From: Lophium mytilinum | Taxonomy: Eukaryota | Direction: 5' to 3' | Assembly: GCA_010093605.1 (NCBI GenBank) | Contig: MU004193.1 | Span: 124,001 to 188,000, forward strand | DNA length: 64,000 nt | Part shown: one piece after another, positions 36,081 through 49,292 of the stretch | Position numbering within the stretch: position 1 is the stretch's first letter | Layout: each line of letters begins with the position of its first letter | Position numbers and translations under genes: made by a program | Notes under the pieces: model-generated | The model's input: only the letters and a program-made list of their open reading frames with translations | Databases searched by the model: none | Told to the model about the DNA's origin: nothing

Positions 36081-36275
36081 GGGAAAGCAACCGGCTGTCG
36101 CCTTATGCAAACTGGGAAAGCAACCGGCTGTCGCCTTACGGCTGTCGCCTTATGCAAATTGGGAAAGCAATAGGCTGTCGCCTTATGCAAATTGGGGAAG
36201 CAACCGGCTGTCGCCTTACGGCTGTCGCCTTATGCAAATTGGGAAAGCAATAGGCTGTCGCCTTTTACAACTTGA
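36081..36275. repeat. Minisatellite: 33-bp unit with 14-bp internal duplications, forming an 80-bp higher-order repeat
   Basis: GGGAAAGCAA(CC/TA)GGCTGTCGCCTTATGCAAA(C/T)T units start at 36081, 36114, 36161, 36194, 36241; degenerate units on both sides (~36018-36370). Confidence 0.92.
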
Positions 36276-36381
36276 GAAAACAATGGACTATCGCCACTTG
36301 CAACAACAGGAAAACAATTGAAAAGCAATCGGCAAAATCGCCTCTTACAAAAGCAGAAAAACAATCAGCATCGAAGACAAC

Positions 36382-37236
36382 CTACTGCTCCTCGGCGGCT
36401 TGCTCTCGCGCCTTGTACTCAGCCTTCGCCTTGGCCTTAGCCTTGGACTGCGAGATTGGCTTTTCAGCCAGTTCGGTCAAGCGGTAGAGACGAAGATCGG
36501 TATCGCTCTGCGATTCCAGACGACCGTCGGTGAACAACGTGCGCTTTCCCACTTCTTCGTACTCCTCAAGCTCGCGTTTCTCCGGCTCTTCAGCTTCACG
36601 TTGTCTGCGCTCGGCTTCCAGCCTGTCGCGCTCCTTGTTATGCCGCTCGCACTGTTTCTACAAAGCCCGCTCGAACGCTCGCTCGTTCGCCATGCGAGCC
36701 GCATTCTCCCTGAATTGCGATTGGCGTCTTTTGGCTCGCTCGATCGCATCTTCGTCGTACCGACTCTTGATGATCCGCACCTCGCTCGGGGTCAGCGCGC
36801 TCAAATCATGACGAAGGCGACACTTTTCGGGATTGCGATCGTCCAGAAACTGAGCGGTGCAGCCGCACGCGGTTGGTGTGAGGAAAGCTGTCAGAAATTC
36901 GTTGGCACAGAGACCGTGAACGTCGAGCGCCTGGATCGCGCCGGGTATGAACGTCGTGCCTACGTCCTGTGGCTCAGGCGTGACCGGGGTAGCTCGCTCC
37001 TGTGGCGAGGCGGTGTTCGTAACGGCAGAGGTGGATGACTCTGCTGCGGACTGGTCTTTCATCACGACGTCTCCGCGACCTGAGGTCGAGGACTCTCCCG
37101 TCGTAGCAACGAGCGCGGCCCGCTCCTCAGCCTCTCGAGCCAGCCGTGCGACCCTCCTGGCGTTGTTGGCCGCATTTCTCTCGTTCCGCGCCAGGATGGC
37201 GGCGCGGATTTCTCTGCGAGCCGTTTCAGTCACCAT
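36382..37236 (-). pseudogene. Orphan coiled-coil protein with a CCCH-like Cys/His cluster and an internal stop
   Basis: MVTETARREIRAA...LCANEF...ACGC...KCRLRH...RAL*KQCERHNKERDRLEAERRQRE...AAEEQ*. TAG at 36658-36660 is followed by 91 more sense codons of charged sequence. Confidence 0.5.
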
Positions 37237-38811
37237 CTTCCTGAGGGTGGAGATTCCGATGGGAATATCGACAACACTTGACGAGATCGTAGGCGCTACG
37301 TGAAGTAGGATGTCGTGCAATCAAGAGTGCGGTGGGGGAAGATGAGTTGCTGGAAGAGCCCGACGCAGACGGACCAGTTAGATTACCTAAGTCTTGGTGG
37401 GCGCCAAGCCTTCAACGTCACGTGATACGCCTACTAGAATCTGTGCATCTATCATCGGCATTGTACGCTAAACGAGCCAAGAAGATATCTACCATGTTTA
37501 GATGCTTAGACACCAATCTTATTTCTTCTATCCGGACATATCTTCAAGTCTCTACCCAAGACCTCCATCCATTTTCATCAACATCAAAACTCCCAATATG
37601 CAAACCCCAATCCGCTTCTCGTCAAACTAAACAAACATTGATCCCTGCCGATTTTTCCGCATCCCAGATGCGTCCATCACTTCCAGCCAATTTGTTCACT
37701 GTCTTAAGGATGTTGGGGCTCCTTGGGGCTGGTGCGGCGAGGCTGGATGTGCTCAGGGGACCGCCAGAACATTCGGATTGCCGGAGATGTTATGAAGCTT
37801 ACCTAGATGCACCCGCAACGCGCTTCATTAGACTCTAGGATGTCGTCAGCCAACTTCCATGGGACGGAGACCACCCTGCGGAGCCTACCTCTACCCCCTT
37901 CCTGGACTTCTTCGCCAACAGCAAAGCCGAACCTAGAGAAGTAAGCGATAGATGTTGAGGATGAAAGCCATGACTTGCAATATCATGGGTAGTCATCCCC
38001 TAGAACCACGCAGAGGGAAAAGTACACTAAGGTACTCTAAGTTCACTTAGGGCGTTAGCCGTTTTCCAGCGCCAATAGCCTGATAGTGGAAAGCCTCAAA
38101 GCGAATGACTTAACTTTAAGTGGCGTTCGAGCTCTGACGCGAATAGTTCGACGTCAAAGGGAATCAAAGCGAATGACTCGACATTGAATGGTGGCTTTCA
38201 AAGAATTTCATCAGACTATTGCGTATTCCTAGACTCATAGAGCGGCATATTTTGACTTGGAGTTTGCTTCGTCAGAGTACAGTGACAGGCCATAAGTCTG
38301 GGCACACTGGTTCACTACCGCTGAGGGTCCCCCACCAAGTTTCCAAGATCCAGGGGTGATTCCGAGGTTTAAGCAGTGCAGATTAGGAAATCTCTTGACT
38401 AAGTGCTGGTTCAGCAACTAGGCTACCCCCAACAGTGGTGTCGAGTGGGCAATTTGGAGCCAAGCAGAATGAGTTGATATACCCAGACTTATGGCCTATC
38501 ATTGTACTTTCAAAGCGTGTATACTCTTATGCTAACTACCTCAGTTTTGTGGTTCCTGTTTGCTTACACTCTCAGTCACGGAGACCCTTCTACTTACTCA
38601 ACCGCATTACTGTCAGATTAAATCACTCCTCGAAGGATTCGACTGTCTTCATCGCTGTCCCGCCCGAAGTTCGACTTGATCCCAAAACTTCCACTACGCT
38701 CATCATTCTACTTTCGCAGGAGGGAGAAAGTGAAGTAGAACATTGCAAGCATTCGTGAATTCGTATCTACAAATACGTCTATATAAACACGAGGTAATGC
38801 CATGACGGACC

Positions 38812-40610
38812 TCACTCATACTTGGCCAAGAGCTCCTTCGCCTCAGCCCACTCACGGCGAATCGTGGCGGCATGCGCCGCGCTCCGGGGCTCTATATGAA
38901 CATTGAAAGGCAACGGCGATTGAGCGAGACCCGACTTGTATGCATGAACGTCGATGTCGATTTCCTCTCCAGTAACAGGATCCCGCGCTTTCGAGATTTT
39001 GAAAGCCCAGAGGATCTTAGCAATGGATCGCCACTGGTTGCGTTCCGCGAGATGGATACCAGGGCAGATTCGTCGGCCTGCGCCGTAGGTGTAGTGATCT
39101 AAAATCAGTCAGCCCAGTTTTCAAAGTGAAAAGAAAGGGGTGAATGTAGAGTCCTTACCTCGTCCTTCGTAGTCTCCACTGCCAGAGTAGGAGTCAGCCA
39201 GCCTTGAGAAGCCATCATATCGCTCTGGCCAGTATTCTTCGGCGTCCTTGAACTGAGCCGAATCATGGTTCAATGCCCTATCATCGATTAACGAGACGAC
39301 CACTTGTACATAGCCACAGGATACATACCAAACGGGAACAAAGACAGTTGACCCTTTGGGAATGAACATGCCTTCGTAAGTGTCATCTGCTTTGTGTTAG
39401 TCTCTTCTACCGTGAAGGTGTACTCGGTAGCCTTTACCTTCTCGAACCTTATGGGGAAATCCGACACTAGTGACAGGTCTCCAGCGTAATCCCTCCTTCA
39501 CCATGGCGTTGATATACGGGAGACTGTCGAAATCCTTCCAGGTAGGCGACCTATCCGACCCAATTTTCTCGTCAATCAAGGCTTGCGCTTTTGCTTGGAC
39601 ACGCGGGTAGCATGCCATAGCCACTATAAACGTCGAGAGCTGCGCCGTTGTCGTGTCTGCACCACCCTCAATCATCTCGCCGAGAAGGTTTTGGATGGAA
39701 TGCTCAGAAAGAATGTAATTGGGGTTCTTCTCGACCTCTACTAATAGAGAATCGGCCATGCACTCGCGCTTGTCGCCAACTGCGCGTCGTTTCCGCACAT
39801 CGTTTAGGGTTCCGCTCCATGCTACGTCCATCTTCTTGTTGACGCGGTAAGCTCGTTGCTTCCATGGAGCAAAGCGGGTTGGCCAGAGCTTGAAAATGGG
39901 GAAAACGTCTACAGGGGGGTTGGCTCCAGGTCCCATGGCTTCAGTCCACTCCTGCATAATGTCGAACACATTCGTCGCGTACGGATGGTCGATGGTAGGG
40001 GCTCGCTGGCCATAAGTAATGATGCCAGCGATCGAGGCAGTGGTCCGTTTGATATGCTCAATGAAATGTTCAGGGTCTTCGAGGAAGCCGAGCAGCAAGC
40101 ATTTCGCCTCTGCCTCTTGGATCGGAGAATGTTGCTCGTCGCATCTTCTGGGAGATAGTACTTGGGCCATTTGCTTGCGCTTTTCGCGCCATTCCGCGGT
40201 GTAGTCGTCGATAAGTGTGTGGTCCCCGCCTGTGAGTAGCCCTCCGACGTAGTCCGCAGGTCTGTCAGAGTAGATTGCTGACTTCTTATCGATCAAGTCC
40301 CGGACGGCTTTCCGATCGCATAAGACGATGATGTTTGTGGGACCGACGGTCAATGAGTAGATTTTGCCATATGTCTCAGCCCATTCCTTTAACCTGGTCG
40401 TATATTAGAATCGCGTCAAGAACACTATCGCGTCTGGGCATACTTCTTGTAAAACCCCTCGCGAGGGATCATCAAGGCATTCCCGAGAAACGGGAGCGTG
40501 GGAGGTCCTGGAGGCATATTAGGAAGCCGTTTCCCCATTTGACTCAGACGGTAGATGAGGACCACCACGCCGAGGCATAGCACCGCCGTCGTAGGTAGAG
40601 AAATCGACAT
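38812..40610 (-). CDS. Cytochrome P450 (resembles the CYP619/PatH-PatI type), multi-exon
   Basis: MPPGPPTLPFLGN, IYSDRP, EGGADTT, KEGLRWRP, PERY, DHYTYGAGRRICPG. Confidence 0.93.
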
Positions 40611-41421
40611 GTTGAGGTGTTGGAGACGATCAAGGAATGCTCCTGCAGGCTATCGCTGGATGGATTAGCGCGACTTTAGAAAGGAGAGAAGATGTGTGTC
40701 GTTTCATTAAGCGCTAAAGCAGTCTTTGAAGGCTTTCTGCACCAAAGTCACTGGTTCACGGAAAATGAGGGGGAATTCGCCCGACATAGCGATGTTCCCC
40801 CGTTCTCCCGATCCCCTCCCCCTCATTTCTTAGCCTGGATAGGAATGAGTAGCCAGACCCAAACAAGCGAAATGTCGAATCACCTCATAGAAAAAAGAAC
40901 TCAGTTGAGCTGACGTCTTCAACGCCAGGGCAAGAGCCATTCAGCATTGAACTCGGTGGAGCCCTCAGGGAGCAGATTCAGTCACGCTTCGGAGATTTTA
41001 TACCAGCAGTTCGCCCCGCTAACATCCCCGCCATTCTCAATGCCATGTGATCCTCAAATGGCAGTGATCAAACCACAGCATCTAGATATGTGTCTTATAT
41101 CTAAGCATCTTGATCATGTGGCCTGTCCTGCCTGCAGGCCTTACCCATTAGAGTTAAAGAACTTCGCTTATCTGACTCGACGAGGCCTGTGCTCCCAGCC
41201 TCCCCCCCATTCCCCTGTTTCCCCATTGCCCCGGTTTTTCCCCGGACTCAGGAATCTGGGGTCCCAGGGGGTTATTACGCCGAGCCTCGCATGCATAAAG
41301 CGCACCCAGGGACCTGGTATCGGATCTCGGGACTCCATCATTCTTGTTGCATCTGAGCGCTAGCAGGCCTTTTCCTTGAGAACATCGACACACTAGAAGG
41401 CTTCTTACGTGAAACACCACT

Positions 41422-43116
41422 ATGGCCGCCTCTGAGACCAAGGCGGAAGGCCACATGGCCGAGTTTATCCATGACGATGAAGCTCCGGAGATCCCAAAGC
41501 AGTCAAGGTTCCCGTCGCTCCTGAATTTCATGGTAGGTGTTCGAAATCCGCAAGGTTCGAAATGGTCTAATCGGCCCGTCAGATCATCATCGTGGCAGCA
41601 TCGTCAAGCTTCATTTTCGGCTATGGAAACAATGCAGCGGCAGGTTGTTTTGCTCAAGAGACGTTCATTGTCAAGTTCCTGAGTGGATCCAATGCCAATA
41701 CGATCATCGATGCGATCAACGCAATGTAAGCTGAAGGACTCCTTCACCATGGGCGTACAAGTCTCTGACATGAAACAGATTCTTCGGCGGAGGCTTCGTT
41801 GGGACGATTATCCAAGGCTACATTTCCGATGGCTGGGGCCGTCGTATCTGTGCACTCATGGCAGCCGTCCTCATGGCATTTTCCGGTGTCCTGGCCGCCG
41901 CGAGCGCGAACCCGGCCATGTTCATTGCTTCCCGTGCTATCACTGGCATTGCTGGCGGTATGATCATGGGGAACACGCCAGTGTACATGAGCGAAATCGC
42001 GCCCGCTCATACTCGTGGCCTCCTCGTCGGGATGCACGCCACCTGCCTGATCGTGGGATACATCGTCTGTGGAGTCGCCGCGCTGGGCTTCAACTTCGTC
42101 ACTCAGCCCATACAATGGCGTCTCCAGTTCATCCTGCTCACGTTCTTCTCTCTCGTCTGCGCCATCTCAGTTCTCCTCATCCCCGAGTCTCCCAGATGGT
42201 ACGTTGAGCAAGACAGGATCGAAGAAGCCTCGGCAATCCTGGAAAGACTCCATCGTACCAAAGCAGACCCATCTGCGATAATGGCTCGGGCGGAGATGGT
42301 ACAGATTGTGGCACAAGTCCACGCCGAAAAGGGCCTTCCTCACAGCTATTGGTATATCCTCAGCAACGCTCACCTCCGGAAACGAGCTTGGTGCTCAGTT
42401 GTACTCTTCGCTATGGTACAGTCTAGCGGCTTGTTAGTCATGTTCAACCTCATGCCTATACTATTTGCCGCGCTTGGATTCGATGCCCCTATGCAGCTTG
42501 GGCTCTCTATTGTCTGGACGACTGTTGCCCTGATTGGCGGCTCCGTGAACGCCCTGATCGTGGATCGCGTAGGACGAGTCAAGCTTCTCTGCATCGGCGG
42601 GTGCCTTTTGGTCATTGCAACGTCGATTCAATGCGCATTGCAAAAGACATACCTCCACTCGACCTACAAACCTGGTATCAATGCCAGCGTGGCCTTTTTC
42701 TTCATATTCATCATCTTCTACAGTTTCTCGGTCGACACAGTCGTCTACGTTTACAACGCAGAGATCTGGCCGACCCATTTACGGAGCAAGGGTGTGACCT
42801 TTGGCCTGGGATCCTATTTTATCTTCGGTGTCGTCTACAACAGCCCGGCCGCACAAGCGTTCGGCACGATCGGATGGAAGTACTATATCGTCTTTATCTG
42901 CATGACGGCGTTCTGCACGACTCTCATCTTGCTGACGTTCCCCGAGACCAAGGGGTTGACCCTCGAAGGTAAGCAGAATCAATTTCAGAGTCCCTCTTCT
43001 CCAAACCATCAGCTAATTGGGTGATAACAGAGGTGAATATCAAGTTTGGTGACAGCGTCGAGGTGTCCTTGAACGACATTCGACTGGATGACATCAAAGG
43101 CAAGCCAGAGGCTTGA
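41422..43116 (+). CDS. Sugar-porter family MFS transporter, 3 introns
   Basis: SDGWGRR, PVYMSEIAPAHTRG, QWRLQF, PESPRW, VDRVGRV, YNAEIWPTHLRSKG, PETKGLTLE. Confidence 0.93.
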
Positions 43117-43601
43117 GAATCATACAAGTATACATTAAGACGAAACCTGGCAGCGAGGCTCGGTTGGATGCTTGTTACTGCCGCTGATGATTGACTTTCT
43201 ACATAAATGCGAAAAAGCTCACGCAATGTTATAATTTATTCAGCAACTATCAAAGATCATCAATTTGAAATAGAGAATGCTTTCTGCATAGGGTGTTGCG
43301 CATTTTCATTGTGTCCCGGCTTTCAACGGGTGATCGTTACTAAAGCCACAACATCAGTGAAGGGAAAGGCGGCGAACGCGACAGGATGTCATCACGCAAA
43401 GTCTCAGGAGGCGTCACGAGGTAACCCACGAACAAAAGCCGCTTCTTACGCCACGGGAGGGCTATCGTTGGCGGGAGACGGACAAGATCTCTCCCCAATT
43501 TGAGCTCTTCGAACCTTTTAGATCAATTATGAAACGTTGCAATGCATGCTAGCTGACTTGCGTCTGATTTGTATGCAATTTCGCACTTGCTAACGGTGTG
43601 C

Positions 43602-44477
43602 CTACGAAGCGATACCGAGAGTGAACCCGCCATCTACAGGAAGAAGTTGACCGGTAATCCACTGACTACAAGGAAGACAGAAGAACATGACCGCGTCCGC
43701 GATATCTTGGGCCTTACCAAGGCGTGGCCAGGGGTTGATCTTCTTCCATGTATTGATGATGTTCTCATCCTCGAAGTTCACTCGCGAGATGCCAGTAGCA
43801 GTGATTCCAGGAGCCACGCAGTTGATGTTGATGTGATCTTTAGCGTGATCGATAGCTCCTGCCCTCGTGATGTGATTGAGAGCAGCCTTGCTTGCCGAGT
43901 ACGCGACCTCTCCCTTAATAGCCACATGTCCAGCACATGACGAGATGTTGACGATTCTACCTCTGCTACCCCATGTCTCATCCAGGTCATTCTTCTTGTA
44001 CAAGCTGATTGCGAGGCGACATGCCTTAGCCACACCGAGGGTGTTGACGTCGAAAGTCTTTTGCCACAGCTCATCCGTTTCGTCCACGAAGTCCCTGAAA
44101 GGCGAGGCCCAGTAACCGGCGCAGTTGATTAAGATATCTAGGCGGCCGAATTTCTGACTGCTTAGACCCAGAACCATGTTTTGAGGGGACGAGTCTTTGC
44201 AACTTACATCAATCGTTTCTTTGAATGCCTTCTCCACTTGCTTCAAGTCGCCCATATCCACCGCAACGAAAACAGCCTTTCCACCTAGTCCGATGATCAC
44301 ATCTGGTGTCGTGATATGCAGATCTGGCTCAAAGCCTTGCGGGTTCGCTTCTGCGCGCAGATCGCAACAAACGACGCTTGCGCCTTGCTTCGCCAGAGAA
44401 AGCGCACACGCCCTGCCGATGCCCGAGGACGCGCCCGTGACAAGGGCCACCTTCCCGACCAATTGCTTGTCCGACAT
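43602..44477 (-). CDS. Short-chain dehydrogenase/reductase
   Basis: GKVALVTGASSGIG, FGRLDILINCAG, IVNISS, YSASK, NCVAPG, ITGQLLPVDGG; one in-frame intron near 44154-44207. Confidence 0.93.
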   Translation of the reverse strand: MSDKQLVGKVALVTGASSGIGRACALSLAKQGASVVCCDLRAEANPQGFEPDLHITTPDVIIGLGGKAVFVAVDMGDLKQVEKAFKETIDVSCKDSSPQNMVLGLSSQKFGRLDILINCAGYWASPFRDFVDETDELWQKTFDVNTLGVAKACRLAISLYKKNDLDETWGSRGRIVNISSCAGHVAIKGEVAYSASKAALNHITRAGAIDHAKDHININCVAPGITATGISRVNFEDENIINTWKKINPWPRLGKAQDIADAVMFFCLPCSQWITGQLLPVDGGFTLGIAS

Positions 44478-44906
44478 TGAAAAGTACAAGCGTCTGAGAG
44501 AGTTGAGAAAGTTGTAAAAGCTCGATGTTCATCGGTTTGAAGAGGAGGTGCGGGGTAAAAACTGTAACCTGTAAACACCAAAGACCCTCCCCCTCCTTTT
44601 TATTAAACTTCCACGCGCGTGAAAGCTAGTCTAGCTCGAAGCATGTGGCCCAGATCAGCCGACTTTGATCCGAGATCTACCCCCCCACCGGAGACGTGCC
44701 GACATGCTGGGTCCCCCCTCACCCTATCTTGGCTTAGCCTGTGGGGTGGGACTCAGGTCCACTATTTTCCCCAGTCAATGCTCAATTTTCCCCCGAATCC
44801 ACTTTAAGCATTTGAAACTGATCCGAATCGTCACCGTCCTTAGTTCTCACGTATGACATTCTTGCAATTCTTAAAAAGTTTCTGAATAGCCCCTTTTCTA
44901 TCAATC

Positions 44907-45905
44907 ATGGAAGGTAGAGTATACGCTGTTACCGGTGGAGCATCTGGCATAGGGCAAGCTGTCGTTGTCCGACTGGCCGAGTTAGGTGCTCGCGGAATTG
45001 CCATCAGCGACGTGAATCTCGCTGGTCTTGAAAACACGAAAAAGCTGTGTACGGTTCCACCGCTCCCACTCAATATCGAACTCTTCATCTAGTGCTGACG
45101 ATCAAAGGCGAGGCTTCCGCGACCGAGATAACGTGCACAAAGGTGGATGTGAGCAAACCAGACCAGGTGGAAACATGGATCGAAGACACGGTCCGCGTGT
45201 TTGGACGTCTGGACGGCGCAGCTAATGTTGCCGGCATCGCTGCGGGTAAAGGAGACACCACATGTCAGAACATCGTGAGTCGAATCCCTTGGAATGGAGC
45301 GATGGATTGGTGACTCGTAATGGGAATAGAAACAAAAGGAGTGGGACACAATGCTGAGCATCAACCTGAACGGCGTTATGCACTGCATGCGCGCCCAACT
45401 GCCTCATCTTCCACGCCCAGGCGGCGCTATTGTAAACGTTTCCAGCACGTCGGGTCTGCGTGGCTTTCCCCATAATGCGGCATACTCAACGAGCAAGTTT
45501 GGTATCATTGGGTTGACCGAGTCGGCCGCTGGCGAGTTTGGGAAAGAGGGTATTCGAATCAATGCGCTTCTCCCGTGAGTTCATACCATGGAATTCAGAG
45601 CTAGCGGAGATAGTTACTGACAATTTTTGTGGCCTAGGGGACCAATTGACACCCCTCTACTTCGAGACCGTGCGGTTGAAGGAGGATTCGATGTAGAGGC
45701 GACAAGCGGTGCTACGTGCCTAGGTCGCACTGGTCGCCCGCATGAGGTTGCGAAAGTATTATGTTTCTTGCTAAGTGATGATGCTTCTTATGTCACCGGA
45801 GGTACGTTCTCCGCATACGCAAGATTGAAATCTTGATTCGATGTATAAGGATCTAACTCCAGCGAAGCACACTGGACGGTTGATGGTGGATACAGCGCCT
45901 GTTAA
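44907..45905 (+). CDS. Short-chain dehydrogenase/reductase, multi-exon
   Basis: YAVTGGASGIG, FGRLDGAANVAGI, IVNVSS, YSTSK, GIRINALLP, SYVTGAHWTVDGG (last exon requires the AAG acceptor ending at 45867). Confidence 0.92.
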
Positions 45906-46394
45906 AGACTCCGTCAATTGATTCATATTGCAATTGGGGCTTTCCTTTAAGTACCATGTGCATGAGATAGTCTAGTGGAAGGTCACGACTCCATGCAGGG
46001 CTACTACTTTTAGGGGACGTTTCGAGTAGCATGGGGATCGCGTTTGTAGCTACTTGAGGGTCACATTTTGCATCATAAAATTGGAAAATAGCAATTCTAG
46101 AATGTCCAGTTTTGCGATCTTGAATGCCTCTCTTCCTTAGCTTTTCGCCAAACGCGATAATAGTAGTTTTGTAATACCTCGTGCGCGATTCGTGTTGATT
46201 TTCCAAATCGTACGAGCGTAGCAAGAACCTCACCACTCAAAGCGGGCAACGGTCAAAGCCACCACAACGACAGCCCCGAAAACAGTCCGTCCGATGATCA
46301 TCATTGAGGGGTGCGTTTGAATACCGCGGGGAAGCTTATTTAAGAGCTTGTCGTTCCCCGGATTTCGGGAATCCATGTGCATCGACGTGACAAG

Positions 46395-48298
46395 ATGTAT
46401 TTCCTCACTGGTGTCGTGTTATTGCTATCTTACGGCCTCTACCGAGTGCTGAGCATTGGAAGACGGCACCCTCGAATGCCCCCAGGGCCCCCAACTATTC
46501 CACTTCTCGGCAATGCGCACCAGATTCCAAAGACGGGATTAGGAAAGCAGTAAGGAAACATAATTAGAGGGCTTCATGCCATACGTACATCTAACTTCTT
46601 CGTTAGATTCCGAACCTGGGCCGACAAGTATGGGCCGATATTCTCGCTCAAAATTGGCCCTAGAAATCTCGTGGTGGTCTGTGACCGGAAAGCCGCAAAC
46701 GCCCTACTAGATAAGAAAGGCAGCATCTACTCCGACCGACCGTTTGTCTACGTCACGAACTACATCACACATGGCGACCGTTTGACTATGGAGAACGCGA
46801 CTCCAGCATGGAGGGAGCAGCGTGCCATAGTCTCACGCAACTTGAGCCCGAAGCTGTTGGATGAGAAACATTTCCGAGTCCAGGAGGCTGAGTAGGCAAC
46901 CCCTGCGCCCTTTTCCTGAGCGAGCTGACTGATGGCCAAATTCAGAGCCGTAATATTCATGAACAACATCCTGAAGCAGCCGGAACGCATGTTTGATTAT
47001 GCTCGACTCTACACAGCATCAGTCGCAAGCACGCTGATATGGGGCCAGAGAACCCCAGATCTCGAATCTTTCTGGTACAAGGACTTCTACGAGCTCATGG
47101 ACTTGGTTTGTTACCGGCGATCTGTACTATCGAAACATTTAGCTGATAACCAACGTAGTGGGTGCAAATAGAAGAGCTTGGGGCGAATCCTCCCATCGAC
47201 GAGTTCCCTTTCCTGAAATACCTACCTGGGAACTGGAAGACACGAGCGGACAAGTGCCAGAAGTTGCAGACTGCTATGTGGACCAAAGCGAGAGCAATCA
47301 TCGATAAGAGAAGATCTGAGGGCGATAAGAGGGACTGTTTCATTGATACCAAACTTGACGACTACGAGGCCAAGGGGTTCCCCATGTCCCAACACGCGTT
47401 CAACTATCTCTTTGGGGTGTTGCTTGAGGCTGGAGCAGATACGACGGCCAACCAGATCTTGACAATCATCTTAGCCCTTGCCAAATATCCAGAGGTCGCG
47501 AAGCGCGCAAGGAAAGAGATTGATGCCGTGTGCGGAAAAGACAGAGCTCCACTGTTCTCGGACTTCAATGCGCTGCCCTACATCAACTGTATCGTCAAGG
47601 AAGGGATGAGGTGGCGGCCAACGTATGTTCTGTCTTACAAATACCTTCTTGTCATGTATTTAAAGCGCCGATACTAACATTCAAAAGTGCCTCCGCAGGC
47701 TTGCCCCATTTGTGCACTCAAGGTTCGTTTCCTCCCCCTTTCATGCTCCAACTCTTCAAAGCTAAAGACTGTTTGATCCAGATGACGAATACGAGGGCAT
47801 GCTCATTCCTAAGGGCACCACGGTTTTCCTCGGGGTCTGGGCTATGCATTATGACGAGAAACAATACCCCAATCCCAACGACTTCAATCCAGACCGCTAC
47901 CTAGGCTACCCGAAACTTGCGCATGACTATTCCGTTGGAGACTATAGCAAACGAGATACGTATGCCCCTTCAAAGCTTGGCATTCAAAACTGACGAGAAT
48001 GCAGTAATTACATCACTACGGCTACGGCGGCGGTCGTCGCATCTGTCCAGGCATGCATCTCGCAGAGCGGAATATGTGGCGTATTACGGCAAAGCTTCTA
48101 TGGGCATTTGATATCTCTGAGCCGGTGGACCCAGTTACGGGGAAGGTGACTTCATTGGATGTGGACGCATACAACTCAGCAGTGCTACTGTGCCCATTGC
48201 CCTTCAAGGTGAAAGTGGTGCCGAGGAGCAAGGAGCATCTCGCGGTTATTGAGCGAGAACTGGACGACGCTACGAAGTTCATGTCGCAATGGAACTAG
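46395..48298 (+). CDS. Cytochrome P450 (paralog of 38812-40610); last intron appears to be AT-AC
   Basis: MPPGPPTIPLLGNAHQIP, IYSDRP, EAGADTT, KEGMRWRP, PDRY, DHYGYGGGRRICPGMHLAERN. Confidence 0.9.
47956..48011 (+). other. Putative U2-type AT-AC intron
   Basis: CGA G|ATACGT...CTGAC...TAATTAC|AT CAC TAC restores R-D-H-Y-G-Y-G; the paralog has a GT-AG intron at the same position and phase. Confidence 0.7.
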
Positions 48299-49292
48299 AG
48301 AACATGCCAACCAGTTGGGCATGGGAGCAGTTAGGACTAGTGTTCAATATCGATAGCTCTTGCTGCGATCTTCTTCCGTGTGGAGTCAGTCTATAGGATA
48401 CCAACTCACCATCAATGTTCTTTCTACTTGTGGTTGCCGAGACGCGCATCGAACCCCAGACGAACCCAAATGAGAACGTGGTAACTATGCGCGGTATCGG
48501 ACTGCCTCGTAAGCTGAGGAGCGTCCTAGTCTTCGGCATTCGGTGGACTCGATTTAGAGTTTAGACCCTGGACTACCCCGCCCCCCCGTTCTGCCCCCCT
48601 GCCCCCCTCGTTTCTCCCCCTGTCCCGCCCCCACACCCGAGATCCGAGAACATACATAAACGCAGGGTTCCCACGAACCTTGCTAAGATCCCCCTCCCCC
48701 CCCAACTACAGCCGCGGCTTCAGATGACAACCGACCACAGACCAACTCAACCATGATCGAGTCTTCCCGCGATGTTTCCGAAGTAAATTTGAGCCCAACT
48801 CTGCGAATTTGCCTGGATACCGCAGTTGTACCGTCCGAAGCATTACCTAACACCATCTTCTTTTCGACGACAAGTGGCACTCATGGGGAATCGATCATCA
48901 TGCAAGAAATCCCCCACGATCTCGCTTCCGAATCTAGGACGTCGCTTGCAACCCACTGCCGGTGCTAGGCAATAGTCGAGTGTCCATACGAGTTTTCCGG
49001 CGAAAGAAGGCTAGCATACACACCACAGCGAGCTAACGGACCGAATCCATAGTACCAGAGCGAGGTAGAAAATCTTCCCACCGCAGATACACATCTGTTA
49101 TAGCATGCTCAGACTGGTTTATCGGACTGACTCCCGGACGGACAACGCACAAGGACATGACAGGGGTTCCCCAGATTCGAGTATAAGCTGCAGGAGGCGC
49201 AGCGAGAAGATGGGAGAATACATCCTGAACTTCACTTTCCAATTCCTCGTACCCTTCTCAGACCACCTCCCGACCCACGCACCACCGACATC

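Noticed and set aside
36081..36275. Possible CRISPR-like array
   Set aside because: Units are contiguous with no unique spacers, there are no cas genes, and the context is eukaryotic.
47956..48011. U12 minor intron or stwintron explanation
   Set aside because: No ATATCC donor or TCCTTAAC branch; removing the internal GT-AG piece leaves only 11 nt, too short for a second intron.
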